Shown: piece by piece, positions 26,501 to 33,916 of the stretch | Layout of the letters: every line of letters begins with the position of its first letter | Numbering within the stretch: position 1 is the stretch's first letter | DNA from: Candidatus Woesearchaeota archaeon | Lineage (GTDB): Archaea; Nanobdellota; Nanobdellia; SCGC-AAA011-G17; ARS1403 | Direction of reading: 5' to 3' | DNA: 37,250 nucleotides | Assembly (NCBI GenBank): GCA_964372845.1 | Contig: CAYJRS010000001.1 | Coordinates: 28,823 to 66,072, forward strand | Position numbers and translations under genes: made by a program | The notes under the pieces: model-generated | Databases searched by the model: none | What the model was told of the DNA's origin: nothing | The model's input: only the letters and a program-made list of their open reading frames with translations

Positions 26501-27478
26501 GATGGCACTACTGGGGATTATTTTGTAAGATATAAAGATGAACGGATAGAGGTTCTTAAGCACTATTCTATATTATGTGGGAATTTATTCGGCATTAAAG
26601 GAAATATTTGCAAGGTTAAAGGAAAGAATTGTTATGAGTTGTCTGTTAACAGCAAGGTTATTAGTACTATTATAAGGGAAACAATGAATAATTTATTTTT
26701 ATTAGTTTCTAGATCTCCCAAGAGTGTTGTTGGTGCATTTATAAGGGGCTTCATGGATGCTGAAGGTTATGTTGCTAAAAATAGACCCAGGATTTCTTTG
26801 AGCCAGAAAAATGAGCAGACAATAAATTATTTGCAGATGCTACTTTTAAGATTTGGAATTAGATCTAGGAGAGATACTTCGAATTCAAGAAATAAATGCA
26901 TTGAGATTTTGCTGTTAGATGGAAGAGATTTTTATAACTTTGCTGTGAACATAGGCGTTACTGCTACGGATAAGAAGATGGTAATGGAGGGATGGATCAA
27001 ACATTGTGAAGACACTTATCGAAAAGAAATAATCCCAATACCTAGAAAAGATTTACAGATACTACTTAAAGAATGCGGAATTGCACCCTCGAAGGTTTTA
27101 AAGTGCAGGCCTGATAATTATAAATTTATTTCTAGAGATAATCTTAGAAATGTTTTTGATGCCCTGATGAAAAATGATATACCTGCTGTGTGCATAGAAA
27201 AGGTTGGCTTTATCCAGAAGCTCTTATTTGGGCAGGTAAGATTTGAAAAAATAAGAAATATTGCTATCAAAGCTAATTATGGACATTTGTATGATATCGG
27301 TGTTCCTTTCTTAGAAAATTACATAGCTAATGGATTTGTGGTGCATAATTCTACTTATCGTATATATTTGAGAAGAGGTAAGAAAGGGACTAGAGTTGCT
27401 AAACTTGTTGATGCGCCAGCTCTCCCAGAATCAGAATCTGTTTTTCAAGTAACTGATGAGGGAATTAAAGACGTGTAG
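23513..27478 (+). CDS. radA: RadA recombinase interrupted by two inteins (312-aa mature protein)
   Basis: The N-terminal HhH is DLPGVGAATAEKLISAGY. Walker A is GAFGSGK | intein 1 | TSLAHQLAV. The second break is GGHVLHHA | intein 2 | STYRIYLRRGKKGTRVAKLVDAP. Confidence 0.95.
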   Translation: MDKIEDLPGVGAATAEKLISAGYGNFMSIAVSSPGEMVNIAGVTEATARKIINAARSKLDMGFETGEELLRKRENVTKISTGSQNLNAMLGGGIETGAITEVYGAFGSGKCCSFETPVLYFNNHSPHIEPLSAIYEKYKELHEERKQDDGFFVETPEIEVIGLEGRHIKKTKAAGIYREFVDKLYEIKTGRGRKLRITGSHKLLSFSKGLQWMPAGGLSQGDLIAHPRILLYDGEKTISEDDAYFLGLYVAEGGGRGISNNNKDLVRWIENYTFSMFGFKPKIHEDKRRKDVCYNLGLRNAMKPLLGDLMKCNSSNKYIPESVLLGDENIIKSFLAGYVDGDGYLPEDGEIEMTTYSKTLANNLSYLLLRLGIRCSYTEKTADGKIYFRLFVCGEDRMLFNTLPLKLKKSFYSFRNSKYGYPLPIIRYIAETYAGTLGGNRGSHRKIIGKQASYHKGERYIYDTLNQKTRTNSLNDKTLLAIKLQFEEGLKIIKEALLLATRLEKLSKDEFNNLHKLLPFSFNMIHASIGIKPSTTTNYMQRGLPKDVAKVGKIKSYIMQELLLREDKLSRAIADINNVLYFAWDTITEIKPVDYGDYVYDLVVPEGHLFVGGNLPTILHNTSLAHQLAVNVQLPREKGGAEGIAVWIDSEGTIRPEYIAKLAVAQGLDPKGILKNFRGVRSFNSDHQVLLAEKVEDLIKEGLPVKIIIVDSLMGHFRSDFSGRGELAPRQQKLNKHLHTLLKLATQYNLAVYVTNQVMAKPDTFFGDPTEAIGGHVLHHACLTPDTLLQLADGTILPIENLTRYASLPAIDFKDMKSKTLFCDFGSKRMDIKRIYEIDTGNKITASARHRFFRLNRLHIEEVEAKDLKNGDYLMHLNFIDIDGELQKLPEIEHKELVKLKKEGADIIKDELKIKGLTRENICKETSIKPRHLRRILNQGYPTQKEVVEHLIKLADPAESGIYEYIEVCETNKHKILTIPRELNEDFAQLLGYHLGDGTTGDYFVRYKDERIEVLKHYSILCGNLFGIKGNICKVKGKNCYELSVNSKVISTIIRETMNNLFLLVSRSPKSVVGAFIRGFMDAEGYVAKNRPRISLSQKNEQTINYLQMLLLRFGIRSRRDTSNSRNKCIEILLLDGRDFYNFAVNIGVTATDKKMVMEGWIKHCEDTYRKEIIPIPRKDLQILLKECGIAPSKVLKCRPDNYKFISRDNLRNVFDALMKNDIPAVCIEKVGFIQKLLFGQVRFEKIRNIAIKANYGHLYDIGVPFLENYIANGFVVHNSTYRIYLRRGKKGTRVAKLVDAPALPESESVFQVTDEGIKDV
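23843..25375 (+). mobile_element. RadA intein 1 (511 aa, LAGLIDADG) at the P-loop GK|T site
   Basis: Starts CCSFETPVLYF, has block B TGSH and ends TILHN followed by +1 Thr. The LAGLIDADG motifs are FLGLYVAEGGG and FLAGYVDGDGYL. Confidence 0.85.
25856..27349 (+). mobile_element. RadA intein 2 (498 aa, LAGLIDADG) at the HHA|S site
   Basis: Starts CLTPDTLLQLADGTILPI, has a SARH block-B-like motif and ends FVVHN followed by +1 Ser. The LAGLIDADG motifs are LLGYHLGDGTT and FIRGFMDAEGYV. Confidence 0.85.
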
Positions 27479-27484
27479 ATAGAT

Positions 27485-28117
27485 TTAATTTTCTTTATTT
27501 TTATTAGAGAGAATATTTGTATAGAAGTGTTTCGGGTTACAGATACTAATCTTTTTGTAATCCTTCAGATTCCTTTTCAATCTTGTATCTTTGCTGATAA
27601 AATATTTTGATTCTTCCTCTATTGCCTGACTTATGAGAAAAGAATCATGTGTTTCTTTATGTTTTGAGATAATATCAAATATGTATTTTAATCCTAAACT
27701 TCCAATTAAGATAATCTTTTCTTTATTTATAAATTCTTCATAGAAAGAAGTCATTTCCTGCATAAGATTTGTCATATCTTCCTCGCTGAGATTAAAATCG
27801 TATCTGTATTTGTACCAATATTTTAAAGGCATTCCACTTTTATACATTATATCTACACATAATTTATCATGTATTACGGAGATTACCTCAGCAATGACTA
27901 GATTTGAAGTTAAAAAAATAAAATTAGAATCTTTTTTTGATTTAATTTCTTGTAATATATTATGTGCATAATAAAGCTGTGGATTATCTTGTTTTCTTTT
28001 CTTGATAAGGTCTTTTCTTTCTTCATCACTTTCCATTGAATCTAAAGCCATTTTAAGAATTAACCAATCTGCGATGGTATTTGCATCTAAAAAGCACTTA
28101 TTCGGCAATTTTACCAC
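27485..28117 (-). CDS. PIN-domain protein (VapC-like nuclease with a long insertion)
   Basis: Has CFLDANTI (first acidic residue), IAEVISV, and the C-terminal HDSFLISQAIEEESKYFISKD. It starts with GTG and is convergent with radA across a 6-nt gap. Confidence 0.55.
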   Translation of the reverse strand: MVKLPNKCFLDANTIADWLILKMALDSMESDEERKDLIKKRKQDNPQLYYAHNILQEIKSKKDSNFIFLTSNLVIAEVISVIHDKLCVDIMYKSGMPLKYWYKYRYDFNLSEEDMTNLMQEMTSFYEEFINKEKIILIGSLGLKYIFDIISKHKETHDSFLISQAIEEESKYFISKDTRLKRNLKDYKKISICNPKHFYTNILSNKNKEN

Positions 28118-28197
28118 CTACTAAGTCTTTCCCAAACAGATTCTTTTTTCTTTCTTTTTGATTTAGAAGATTTTCTAGGTCTACTTCTTTTTGTCAT
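28111..28197 (-). CDS. 28-aa highly basic micro-ORF overlapping the PIN start
   Basis: Manual translation gives MTKRSRPRKSSKSKRKKKESVWERLSRW*. Its stop overlaps the PIN GTG (GTGGTAA). The frame stays open upstream to a possible TTG at 28263, which would give 50 aa. Confidence 0.25.
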   Translation of the reverse strand: MTKRSRPRKSSKSKRKKKESVWERLSRW

Positions 28198-28409
28198 TAT
28201 TTTCTTTAGTATTTCTTTTTTATTTAAAAACTTCTTACTATTATTTTGTGATGATTTAACCAACCACCTAATGCATTTTTTCTATTTTTGGTTAAGAAAA
28301 TAGCCCTTTATTTAAGACAATGCTATAATTCCATTAATTCTGATAATTACTGTTATTGGTTATTATAATTGTTTTTGCTTCACAAGAAAAGCTTTAGGGT
28401 TTTTATCAA

Positions 28410-28499
28410 CGTCCCCGCACGGATTCGAACCGTGGGTTTCAAGGTCCGCAACTTCGCAGCAAGAGCACTTGCGTTTTATCCAGACTAAACTACGGGGAC
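28410..28499 (-). tRNA. tRNA-Arg (anticodon GCG) with a 15-nt intron (28453..28467) placed between positions 30 and 31
   Basis: Manual fold gives acceptor GTCCCCG/CGGGGAC, D arm GTTT-AGTCTGGATA-AAAC and T arm CACGG-TTCGAAT-CCGTG. The anticodon region is 32 nt. Only removal of TGCTCTTGCTGCGAA gives a perfect arm, CAAGG-TTGCGGA-CCTTG, with T33 and G37. No CCA is encoded. Confidence 0.8.
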
Positions 28500-28522
28500 A
28501 CGATGGAAAAACAGGAAATAGC

Positions 28523-28533
28523 TTTTTAAATTT
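28523..28533. promoter_or_regulatory. AT-rich TATA-like element tttttaaattt between the divergent tRNA and the 28552 gene
   Basis: It is centred about 28 nt from the tRNA 5' end (28499) and about 25 nt from the ATG at 28552. It reads as a TATA box on both strands. Confidence 0.35.
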
Positions 28534-28551
28534 GTTTGCTTTTTAACTGAT

Positions 28552-28929
28552 ATGCCTAAAGCCAGAACTGCATTAGTTGGTGTGAGTAATAATTCTCAAC
28601 GAATACAAATTTATGATTTACTTTTTAAAAAATTTAATTATATGACAACTACAGTTTCGACGCAAGAAAAGATGCTCATGCTGATGACCAAGAACGTATA
28701 TGATTTATATTTAATGGAATTAGACCTTGGAAACCCCGGAAGCTATGATGTTGCAGTTGCGAAAAACATTTATCAAAATCTTGAAGAACGAATTAAAAGG
28801 GGTGATGTTAAATTTTTATGCTTATGCAATGATGTAAGAGGGTTAAGTAAAGCCTATGAGGGAGAGATTCCTATATGCTTGACTTCTATATTTCTTTCTG
28901 ATCCTGGCAGATTTATAAAAAGAAATTAA
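28552..28929 (+). CDS. CheY-like receiver-fold protein, probably degenerate
   Basis: The layout ALVGVSNN...YDLYLMELDLG...FLCLCND follows receiver beta1, beta3 and beta4. The N-terminal acidic pair is replaced by SN. No output domain. Confidence 0.35.
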   Translation: MPKARTALVGVSNNSQRIQIYDLLFKKFNYMTTTVSTQEKMLMLMTKNVYDLYLMELDLGNPGSYDVAVAKNIYQNLEERIKRGDVKFLCLCNDVRGLSKAYEGEIPICLTSIFLSDPGRFIKRN

Positions 28930-29315
28930 CTGCTGGCTTTCCCTGCTTTATTTGCGGTACCACTTCTTCCTTTGTATTCATTGTAATCTACTTTGACAAT
29001 TTCTGGACGGGAGGTTTTTGTATATATAATCGAAAATTTAACATTGCTGAAATAAATATCTTGAGGAACTTGTTTTAATCTTTCTTCGTCATATTCTTCA
29101 GTTAGCGGATAATATAATACTACAACTTCTCCATCATTCCCTTTTGCTCTTACTTCTAGTGAAGCTAATTGCCCTTTGGAGCCATCTGGAAATTGAGCAA
29201 AGTCATTTATATAAAGATTAAGAGATTTTTGCAATTTAGTTCTAAAATTTTTACCCTTTAAACCTAGGTATTTTTCCTTTACAAGGCGTTTAAGAATTTC
29301 TTCTAGTCTTGTCAT
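28926..29315 (-). CDS. hypothetical protein
   Basis: 129-aa track ORF with no motif recognised. It is convergent with 28552..28929, overlapping by 4 nt. Confidence 0.4.
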   Translation of the reverse strand: MTRLEEILKRLVKEKYLGLKGKNFRTKLQKSLNLYINDFAQFPDGSKGQLASLEVRAKGNDGEVVVLYYPLTEEYDEERLKQVPQDIYFSNVKFSIIYTKTSRPEIVKVDYNEYKGRSGTANKAGKASS

Positions 29316-29425
29316 AATGTTTTATTTTATTTTTCGTTTTAAATAAATTCTTGTTTCGGATAATATATATAATAAAACTTATAACAACTTTTATAAATGC
29401 GGTTTTAGGTAGCTGCTTTGTTAAA

Positions 29426-29584
29426 ATGCTAAAATGTTCAAGCTGTCATAGGAATACGCAGGATGGAGTTACTAGATTTAAGTGCCCTGAATGTGGGAAG
29501 ATTGAGATAATCAGATGCGAGCATTGCAAGAGAACTGCTATAAAATATAAATGCTTGAGCTGCGGTTTCTCAGGTCCTAATTAA
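29426..29584 (+). CDS. zinc-ribbon protein (4 CxxC pairs; the archaeal family usually found upstream of aEF-1beta)
   Basis: Sequence is MLKCSSCHR...KCPECG...RCEHCKR...KCLSCGFSGPN. The ATG at 29426 is preferred to the long track start at 29351. It stops 1 nt before the EF-1beta ATG. Confidence 0.7.
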   Translation: MLKCSSCHRNTQDGVTRFKCPECGKIEIIRCEHCKRTAIKYKCLSCGFSGPN

Positions 29585-29585
29585 G

Positions 29586-29861
29586 ATGGCAAAGGTTGTT
29601 GTTACTTTAAAGATTATGCCTGAGAGTCCTAAAACTGATTTGGATAAATTGCAGAAAAAAGTTCTGGAAAAAATAAAAAATGTTATAGGCGATACAGAGA
29701 CTAAAGTTGAGAAGGAAGCTATTGGTTTTGGATTGAATGCCTTAAAGATTTTATTTGTGATGGATGAAAATAAAAACGTTGATATTATAGAAGACGGAGT
29801 AAGGAAAATTAAAGAAGTGCAGTCTGTTGATGTGACTGATGTCAGGAGAGCTATTGGCTAA
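29586..29861 (+). CDS. ef1b: translation elongation factor aEF-1 beta
   Basis: The signature is MAKVVVTLKIMPESPKTDLDKL...AIGFGLNALKI...VDVTDVRRAIG, typical of aEF-1beta. Confidence 0.85.
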   Translation: MAKVVVTLKIMPESPKTDLDKLQKKVLEKIKNVIGDTETKVEKEAIGFGLNALKILFVMDENKNVDIIEDGVRKIKEVQSVDVTDVRRAIG

Positions 29862-30727
29862 ATTAAGTATAAAAATAAATTTCCGAAAATCAAGCTTATT
29901 ATCAATGATATTAAAAATGCTGGAGTGAAGATAATTCCTTCTTTTATTTTTACAGCGCTGATATTTGTTTTTTTAATTAAGGCTATTTGCTTCTTTGTTA
30001 ACTCTTGAGATTTCTTGTGGATTAATTTGTTTTTGTAAAAAAGATTTTCTATTATTAAATCACCTTCTCTTAGCTTTTCTACCGGGATTGTTTTTATCAG
30101 GCAGGTTCTTTCAACTGTTTTTATGAAGATGTAAATGTAAAAGAGAATCATTGGAGACACTGAAATAATTATTATAGCTGTTTTTGGGATGTTTGTTGCG
30201 AGCGATGATAAAATTATTACTGCTATTATTGAGAGGATGGTTATTTGGGTTTTCTTCGTGTCTTTTATAATCTGTTTGAAAGGTTTTAGGAATTTTTTAT
30301 TGTTTTTTACTGCCAATGAAACTGCGTAGATTAAGCTGTATATCGCCCCTATGATTAAAACATTTGTGAAAAAATCTATTGGGAAAGGGAAAAGAAGCTT
30401 CGGGCTGAAAAATTCTAGAAGGAAATAAGGGTAAGTTGCCAATGCCAGGCTTAGTGATATTAGTAATTTTGCATCTCCTCCGCCCCACTGCCTTAGGTAA
30501 TACATAATTGACGCCAGAATAAATATTATTGGAAATGAAGAAAAAATTGCAGATGTGAAACTCCAGTCTTTTGTTATTAAGGAATATAAAATTCTTAATG
30601 AAACTGCTGAGAATATCAGGAAATAATTCGCATAATCTGGGACCTCTGTAGTCTTTATGTCTGAGATTACTGCTATTATTGTTACTATGAATGCCAATAA
30701 AAGCAAAATTAATTCTATTTCGAACAT
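29858..30727 (-). CDS. A24-family prepilin/preflagellin peptidase (PibD/FlaK/EppA-like)
   Basis: The first Asp lies in ISDIKTTEVPD and the second in GGGDAKLL (GxGDxKL). It is polytopic. Confidence 0.8.
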   Translation of the reverse strand: MFEIELILLLLAFIVTIIAVISDIKTTEVPDYANYFLIFSAVSLRILYSLITKDWSFTSAIFSSFPIIFILASIMYYLRQWGGGDAKLLISLSLALATYPYFLLEFFSPKLLFPFPIDFFTNVLIIGAIYSLIYAVSLAVKNNKKFLKPFKQIIKDTKKTQITILSIIAVIILSSLATNIPKTAIIIISVSPMILFYIYIFIKTVERTCLIKTIPVEKLREGDLIIENLFYKNKLIHKKSQELTKKQIALIKKTNISAVKIKEGIIFTPAFLISLIISLIFGNLFLYLI

Positions 30728-30782
30728 TATGATTAAGTATAATAAAAAGATTTATATATTATCTCCTATTTTCTATTAACTT

Positions 30783-31088
30783 ATGGGGTTAAGATTGGAG
30801 AGAAATCGTGATTGGAAACTTGTAACTATTGTTGTTATGGGTTTATTGCTGATAACAACTGCTTCTTGGATTGGATATACTTACTATCAAGCTAAACAAA
30901 ATAATTTTGCATTTCAGAATCAGCAGCTTGGAAGATTGGTTGAGCAGAGGAATATATTGAATTCTGTCCAGGCTACTGGCTTTTATACTTTAACCGTTGT
31001 TGATCAGGACAATAATCAGAGGTCATTACTTTTAGCTCCAGTTGTACCGCAGCAACAACAGCAAGCAGTGCCTCGGCAAGTTGAGTAA
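30783..31088 (+). CDS. hypothetical N-terminally anchored, Gln-rich protein
   Basis: One TM segment (LVTIVVMGLLLITTASWIGY), with a Q-rich tail. Confidence 0.4.
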   Translation: MGLRLERNRDWKLVTIVVMGLLLITTASWIGYTYYQAKQNNFAFQNQQLGRLVEQRNILNSVQATGFYTLTVVDQDNNQRSLLLAPVVPQQQQQAVPRQVE

Positions 31089-31128
31089 AATAGATAATAA
31101 TTAAAGCCTTTTTCTATACTTAATTTTC

Positions 31129-32196
31129 ATGATAAGCATTATCGGAGGGGGGCCAAGTGGGGCTTACTTGGCTAGTTTAGTTAATGATGAAGTAAATTTA
31201 TATGAAGAGCATTCTGTTATTGGAAAACCGATTCAATGCACTGGTATTTTGACTCATAGCATTAAAGAACTAATTACTGTTAACGATGAATTTGTTGTGA
31301 ATAAAATTAAAAGAATAAAGTTGATCTCTCCTAGGAATGAAGAGTATGAGTTCAGATTAAATCATCCTGAAATCATAGTGGATAGATATAAGTTTGATAA
31401 TTATTTGATTAATTTAGCGAGAGAAAATGGTGCTGAAATATTTACAAATCATAAACTGAAAGATTTTTCTTTTGATGATAGAAAGATAAAACTAAAATTT
31501 CATGATAAAGAAGTTGAGACCGATATTTTAGTCGGGGCTGATGGACCTAATAGCCTTGTTGCGAGAAAAGCAGGATTGTTGAATGGGAGAAGGTATAAAA
31601 TAGGGCATCAATACACTGCAAAAGGAGAATTTGATAAGGAGATTTTTACTGTTTATTTCAATGGCAGGAAGAATTATTTTGGATGGGTTGTTCCTGAGAA
31701 TGATAAAATTGCAAGAATCGGGATTGTTGGAGATGGAAATATTCCTGAATTATTCCAGGGATTTTTAGATAAAATAAAGATAGATAAAAAAGACTTTGTC
31801 GAGTGCCAAAGCGGGGTGATTCCTGTTTTTGATTATAAATCTAGATGCTGCGACGGAGACGTGTATCTTGTTGGCGATGCTGCGGGGCATGTAAAAGCAA
31901 CTACACTTGGCGGGATAGTATACGGGATGAGGGCTGCAAAGATACTTGCAAATGTTTTGGAAAAAGGCGGAGATTATGATAAATTGCTGAGAAAAGAAAT
32001 TGGAAGAGATCTATGGTTGGATAACAAAACTGCTGAATTTTTGAGCAAATTTGGCGAGGATGAATTTGATGAATTTATTAGATTATTGAGAAAAGTTGAT
32101 CTTGGGAGATTTAATAGAGATAAGCCTTTTTCTGGATTGCACTTGTTCTTGAAGCCGAGCTTGATTTATTTTTTAATGAGGCAGGGATTAAAATAA
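31129..32196 (+). CDS. geranylgeranyl reductase family flavoprotein (archaeal lipid saturation)
   Basis: Motifs seen are IIGGGPSGAYLA (GxGxxG), VGADGPNSLVARKAG and LVGDAAGHVKATTLGGI. Confidence 0.85.
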   Translation: MISIIGGGPSGAYLASLVNDEVNLYEEHSVIGKPIQCTGILTHSIKELITVNDEFVVNKIKRIKLISPRNEEYEFRLNHPEIIVDRYKFDNYLINLARENGAEIFTNHKLKDFSFDDRKIKLKFHDKEVETDILVGADGPNSLVARKAGLLNGRRYKIGHQYTAKGEFDKEIFTVYFNGRKNYFGWVVPENDKIARIGIVGDGNIPELFQGFLDKIKIDKKDFVECQSGVIPVFDYKSRCCDGDVYLVGDAAGHVKATTLGGIVYGMRAAKILANVLEKGGDYDKLLRKEIGRDLWLDNKTAEFLSKFGEDEFDEFIRLLRKVDLGRFNRDKPFSGLHLFLKPSLIYFLMRQGLK

Positions 32197-32712
32197 ATTT
32201 ATTGCGTAGTCGAGGCCTTGGCAAAAGCCAGATATAATTGGAAAGCTGAAAGATAAAACGAAGTAAAGCGAAAATGCAGAGATTATTCCTATGATGTAAT
32301 TAAACCCTCTAGAACTTTGCAATAAAAATCCTACAACTGCTGATATTGGCGCCATAAATGGTATTGGTGCTATTCCTAGAATTAACCCGAATAAGAACAT
32401 TAAGAATGCGTTTGGAATTGCTATTAATAATGAAATCCCCGAGGAGAAAGCCATGGTTGCCCAGAGAAATCCGATTGCTATACCCGCCATGATTGTTATG
32501 AACGAAGATAATCCGAATGTTCCTGCTGTTGCAAGGTCAATAAAGAAGTCTGCTCCTGATGCAATTACCCCTATGATAATCGGGCCAAGCTTTCTTGAAA
32601 ACGCTCCTATTATAATTAGAGTTAAAGCTACGAATAATATGTTGTCTAAGGAATATTTTATAAGCTCAAATAAAAATCTCCAGAAGTATTCTACGCATAT
32701 ATTCAAGGGCAT
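32188..32712 (-). CDS. integral membrane protein (Gly/Ala/Ile-rich TM segments)
   Basis: 174-aa hydrophobic ORF with no family recognised. Confidence 0.45.
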   Translation of the reverse strand: MPLNICVEYFWRFLFELIKYSLDNILFVALTLIIIGAFSRKLGPIIIGVIASGADFFIDLATAGTFGLSSFITIMAGIAIGFLWATMAFSSGISLLIAIPNAFLMFLFGLILGIAPIPFMAPISAVVGFLLQSSRGFNYIIGIISAFSLYFVLSFSFPIISGFCQGLDYAINLF

Positions 32713-32757
32713 TTTTCTTAGTAACCTTTAAATATTAATAAAGTTATTTGTTGCTTT

Positions 32758-33912
32758 ATGAATAAAAGAGGAGTGGAAGGGACTTCTGCTGGTAATGTTG
32801 CTACCTTGATTGCTTTAATCGCATTATTCTTGGTAGTTTATATTCTATTATTGCCTGAAGCTGATAGAAATAGACTCTTAGGCACTGATCAAGATAAGAA
32901 GGCTGAGGTTACTGGCGTTGGAGATGTTTTACTAAGCGAGTTTATTGGGAAAGTTGAGCCCGGAGAGCAGGCAAAGAGAAGACTGCATGAAATTGCCAAT
33001 GTTAATTTATTTACTAAAGAAGAATCCGGATTAATAACATTATCTGAGAACATAAAAGTAAGCAAGGGATTTTTTGGAAGCAAAGACCAGAATATTTTTT
33101 TTAAAATCGATAATCCTGATGATGTGCTGAAAACTGAATTATACCTCGTTGTTGATTCTGGAAACGGGGACTTGATAATTGATATTAATGGAAATGAATT
33201 TTACAGGAATGAAATCAAGCAAGGGCAGATTAGGATTGATATTCCTCTTGATTATTTAGCTAATGCGAATAATTTAAGATTGAGCGTTTCTGGATTTGGT
33301 CCTAAATTATATTCCTTGAGAGATGTTAAATTAAGGAAGAATGAGGAGATTAAGAACAGGGTTGCGAGAAGAACTTTCTCTGTTGATGCCGAGGAAAAAA
33401 ATAAGATGGAGAGAGCCATTATGAGATACAGTGTATTTTGCGAGAGAGATGAGGATAAGGCTTTGAGGATTTTGCTTAATGATAATTTAGTTTACAGCGA
33501 TGTTCCTTTCTGCAACTTGAAGGAGGATGCTGTCGAGCTCGGCACTGGACTTTTTAGAGCCGGGGTGAATAACTTGGATTTTGAAACTGAGGGAGATTAC
33601 TTAATTGAAGGGATTAACCTGAAAACTTTTTCCGATGAGGAAGAGCTGCCTGAATATTTCTTTTCTTTGAAACAAGATGATTTTAGGAGAGTGAGAAGGG
33701 GGCTGAATGACGTTGTTGCGAGCTTTGAATTCAGCTTGAGGGATGATAGGAAGAGTTTTGTGCTGGAGATAAATGGAGAAGAGATAAATATTGATACTAC
33801 GGATGATACATTTTTAGTTGTTCTTACTGACTTCGTTGAAGAGGAGAATTTGATTAGGATAGATGCGAAGAATAGCTTTGAGATACTTGAATTTAAAGTA
33901 GTTTTGGAGTAA
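32758..33912 (+). CDS. large pilin-like protein (384 aa)
   Basis: N-terminus MNKRGVEGTSAGNVATLIALIALFLVVYILLL, matching the motif of the 16-21 kb cluster. Confidence 0.6.
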   Translation: MNKRGVEGTSAGNVATLIALIALFLVVYILLLPEADRNRLLGTDQDKKAEVTGVGDVLLSEFIGKVEPGEQAKRRLHEIANVNLFTKEESGLITLSENIKVSKGFFGSKDQNIFFKIDNPDDVLKTELYLVVDSGNGDLIIDINGNEFYRNEIKQGQIRIDIPLDYLANANNLRLSVSGFGPKLYSLRDVKLRKNEEIKNRVARRTFSVDAEEKNKMERAIMRYSVFCERDEDKALRILLNDNLVYSDVPFCNLKEDAVELGTGLFRAGVNNLDFETEGDYLIEGINLKTFSDEEELPEYFFSLKQDDFRRVRRGLNDVVASFEFSLRDDRKSFVLEINGEEINIDTTDDTFLVVLTDFVEEENLIRIDAKNSFEILEFKVVLE

Positions 33913-33916
33913 AAAG

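Noticed and set aside
31030-31075. Gln run (PQQQQQAVPRQ) from caa/cag repeats in ORF 30783..31088
   Set aside because: It is a short low-complexity tract, with no evidence of a functional repeat or slippage site.
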